Assembly: GCA_040954595.2 (NCBI GenBank)
Contig: CM082597.2
Coordinates: 7,341,849-7,405,848 of the forward strand
Length of the DNA stretch: 64,000 bases
From: Balanoglossus misakiensis
Lineage: Eukaryota > Animalia > Hemichordata
Direction of reading: 5' to 3'
Position 1 is the stretch's first letter, and the number at the start of each line of letters is the position of its first letter. The position numbers were made by a program, and so were the translations under genes. The notes beneath the pieces are model-generated. The model saw only the letters and a list, made by a program, of their open reading frames with translations, ran no database searches and was not told the origin of the DNA. Below are positions 60,956 through 64,000 of the stretch, in pieces.

Positions 60956-61686
60956 TGGGGGGTGTTGGTAACTTGAAACAGGCCATATTCATCTGAAAGG
61001 CCCATACCCATTGAAGTGGTACATATTTGCACAGGGTTAAATCGCGATTTTGCGTTCGTTATTAAAATTAGAAATCTGCAGTGCGCATGTCCGGCTACAT
61101 TGTGAAAATCGTACAAACAACTAGGTCATACTTTACGAAGCGAAAACTATCGTCCAGACCATACGTATTTTACGATATTTTGTCGTCCTCAAAATGAAAT
61201 CTGCACCATATTAGCAAGCGCTATGCGGCTTTCATGAATTCACGTAGCGCTGGGTACATGAAATTCATCAATCAGGTTTTCCGAAGTAATCATTTGCATA
61301 TTCATGATGATATATAATTAAAATAACTCCGGAAAACAGAAGTCCATGTCAGACTTATCCGATGTGGAATGGAATTCTAACTCGCTCTTTTAACTTAATG
61401 ATTCTTGCGGTTTATTTTGTTTGGTTGTCCTTTTTGCCCTTTTTCACTATACTAGGCAGCTCTGAATATGATGATGAGACTGATCTGTCAAGAACTAAAC
61501 AGCAACGATGAGAAGATACTATGCGCGCTTTTGTATCCCGGCTGGGTAAAGACAGATTTTGGTGGTCCTGATGGCGACATAACCCCCGACGAAGCTGCTA
61601 AAAATCTGCTCGACTATATGGCAAGCACAAACGAGACTAACCACGATGCTTTCTTTACATATGACGGACAAGAGTTTCCATTTTGA
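58323..61686 (+). CDS. Short-chain dehydrogenase/reductase of the C-factor (CsgA)/sniffer type, 5 exons, 260 aa, atypical active site
   Basis: Exons 58323-58466, 59175-59226, 59697-59893, 60686-60844, 61456-61686 (783 nt). SVLITGANHGLGLGFV (TGxxxGxG), IFASCR, LNILINNAGV, NINCVG, SFSVSKAALNM, LLYPGWVKTDFGG, FFTYDGQEFPF. Confidence 0.92.
58700..58856. repeat. Palindromic interspersed repeat (partial copy at ~31955-32065)
   Basis: GGGCCATAGCAGCCGTTT..GAGTTACCAGAATCA / TGATTCTGGTAACTT..AAACGGCTGCTATGGCCC; the same sequence occurs at 31997-32064. Confidence 0.7.
60904..60955. repeat. (TTG)n microsatellite
   Basis: Directly visible; intronic in the SDR gene. Confidence 0.9.
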
Positions 61687-62280
61687 AGTCCGCAAATGAA
61701 AGCAAACACAATGTAACTTCAGTGTTGAGATTGTTTAGGTAGAAGGCTTCCGTTTACAATCAATTCCACAGAATAAGAAAGGATATATGCAATATCTTGT
61801 CATTCTTAAATGACAACCAAATATTAAAATCAAGGATATTAAAAATATGACACATTAAAATTAGCACCATCACCATTAACTTTTTTCCAACTTTGTAAAT
61901 TTAAATAATTCAATTAGATCCTGAATTCATTTCTTCTTGAAGCTTTCTCTAGACTTGTACAATATCCTCCATAAATGCATTGCATTGGGAATAAACGTGA
62001 ACGTAGTAACAATATCAATATCTGCATTGTGTGGTTGTAAATGGATTAGCCACCTACTGAAAATCTGTGATTGACTAGTATCGAATTAAAACCTAGAGCT
62101 ATTAATATCCAATCAGAGACAATTAAAGAAAGGAATATAGCATGTGTGATCCAGTGAAATTAATAGAACAATGAATAATGGAATGGACTTCGAATGAACA
62201 GTGGAGAACTTCAAATGTTATTTCTTTGATTTATTTTAGAACTCTTATGTGACAATTGAAAATGTATAATATAAATTATA

Positions 62281-63170
62281 TTATATCATGGTACCGTCCA
62301 CAATTCTGATTGGACGAGAGCTCAATCCAGCGATGCTAAAATTAAGCAATAAAACACCCCCAGCCATGGTATACGGCAAGATTTTGACCAGTTCACGACA
62401 TATACGCACGAGCGATATATGCGTATATGGAGTTGAACTGGTCAAAATCTCGTGGTATACCATGGCTGGGGTGTTTTATTGCTATTATAATATGCCAGTA
62501 TATTGAAACTTTGCATAAAACATTTAAAAAAAGGCATTTTCTTTGACTATGATATATGAATGTGGTATATGACGAATATATCACGGTCACGTGTCGTGTC
62601 TCGACCAATAAAATAGCGTGATTTACACCATCAATATACTGGTATAATGTAATACTCAATAAGGCACTGCTGGCAGTGGTAAAACGGCCCCTGAACTAGC
62701 ATACGGCAGCAAAAATGTGCGCATAAACCACAGTCGCGCGTGTTTAAACCAAATAAATAAAACAAAAATACTGTTGAATTAACGGACGTTTTATTTTGGA
62801 ACTGCTCTGTAGAAATATTTGTCACTTTGCCACGCGCGATGCCCGTCTTGTCACTTTTGTCGTCTGCTTCATGTTTAATGCTCGATTCCGGCTGGATCCC
62901 GGCCGCTCGTGTTTACATTCATCGTCGCCATGTTGGTACACGATCGTAATTTCTCTTTCTGACGCCGTTTCGGTAAGAAAATGACACTGATATGCCACAA
63001 AAACAATTGTTGATATAATATAATAGCAATAAAACACCCCAGCCATGGTATACCACGAGATTTTGACCAGTTCAACTCCATATACGCACTCGCTATCGCT
63101 CGTGCGTATATGTCGTGAATTGGTCAAAATCTCGTGGTATACCATGGCTGGGGGTAATTTATTGCTTAAA
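62281..63170. mobile_element. Interspersed element with two inverted, individually palindromic ~150-bp hairpin blocks (Crypton-like non-autonomous element, inferred)
   Basis: 62343-62490 and 63020-63170 are each self-complementary (AGCAATAAAACACCCCAGCCATGGTATAC..GTATACCATGGCTGGGGTGTTTTATTGCT) and are inverted relative to each other. The core matches 1145-1575. Confidence 0.75.
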
Positions 63171-63441
63171 TAATGTTATGTAAGCCTGAGCTAAAAAAGA
63201 GAATGGCATGAGAGACGACAACACGACGTCTGTAATAAAGCCTGTCGGTGAATTATTCAAGTCAACTACCCATTGTCTGTCTTTGGCTACTAAAGGCTTT
63301 ACGATCCTAGGACGATAGCTCAACTGAGTGAATCCCCGGGTGAATCGATCGTGACAAGTTGTTAACGGACTAGCAACATGTAACGATTTTCATCTGTCCA
63401 CTCGATAATCCGTCAAGCATTGACATTCTCAGAACGGTTAC

Positions 63442-63772
63442 AGCGCCTAGCTCGTCTCACACGCATGCGCGTAACTTCCCTTCACAAGAGTTTTCCCTGT
63501 GCAAATGTTCAGCAAATTTTCCGTTCGATGCATTCAAATAGTGGACTGCCTCCGATTTCTTCCACATTTCATGCGCACCGTATAAGTAGATTCTGGTTTT
63601 GCCCCTCCTTTTCACCCAAGCTGGTGTCTTTTCACGATCTCCGACACAGATTATGGTCGCCGCCATCTTCTATGTTGTTAGGACAGAGCACTGCCTTATG
63701 AGATTGACTGTTCACTAAACGGCTGTAACCAGCGGCTACAGTTGGAACATGCGTGTGAGACGAGCTACGCGC
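63442..63772. mobile_element. MITE with TIR AGCGCCTAGCTCGTCTCACACGCATG
   Basis: AGCGCCTAGCTCGTCTCACACGCATG...CATGCGTGTGAGACGAGCTACGCGCT|TTAA; high identity to 55303-55570. Confidence 0.82.
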
Positions 63773-64000
63773 TTTAAGCGATTTTAACTTTTGGGACGAG
63801 GAGACTGGCCTTGACGACGGCGCCTGATCTCATAGGCATTATTTCACTACTTTGCTTTGAGATTCTGTTCCTGTGTGGTTCAAAGATCAATTGGATTATC
63901 GTCCCATTACCAATGCCCCACTGGCTTTGTCCACAATAAGTGGGCGATCACGCGAACTTTGACCTTTGTTCACGAACGGTTAATAATAATGGCGTCCACA

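Overview
Eukaryotic genomic DNA: AT-rich, with GT-AG introns, microsatellites and many non-autonomous DNA transposons. Gene content suggests a marine invertebrate deuterostome such as a hemichordate (inference only). Left to right: (1) two tandem paralogous TRIM-NHL genes, each with a single coding exon and a doubled tripartite motif (RING-B1-B2-CC twice, then filamin and NHL repeats); (2) two tandem 11-exon genes for secreted polyhydroxybutyrate (PHB/PHA) depolymerase-like alpha/beta-hydrolases, the first with an intact Ser-Asp-His triad and the second an intact ORF with Ser->Gly and His->Tyr (predicted pseudoenzyme); (3) a ~1040-aa single-pass receptor-like gene (TSP1, EGF, Ig/FN3-like, TM, Tyr-motif-rich tail) with two duplicated, splice-compatible first exons; (4) a truncated GT2-like glycosyltransferase ORF on the minus strand; (5) a 5-exon C-factor/sniffer-type SDR whose catalytic Tyr and Ser are replaced. 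Also present are a 4.2-kb foldback element and many MITEs with recognisable TIRs/TSDs. Exon structures were assembled by hand from splice signals and frame continuity; no database searches were run.
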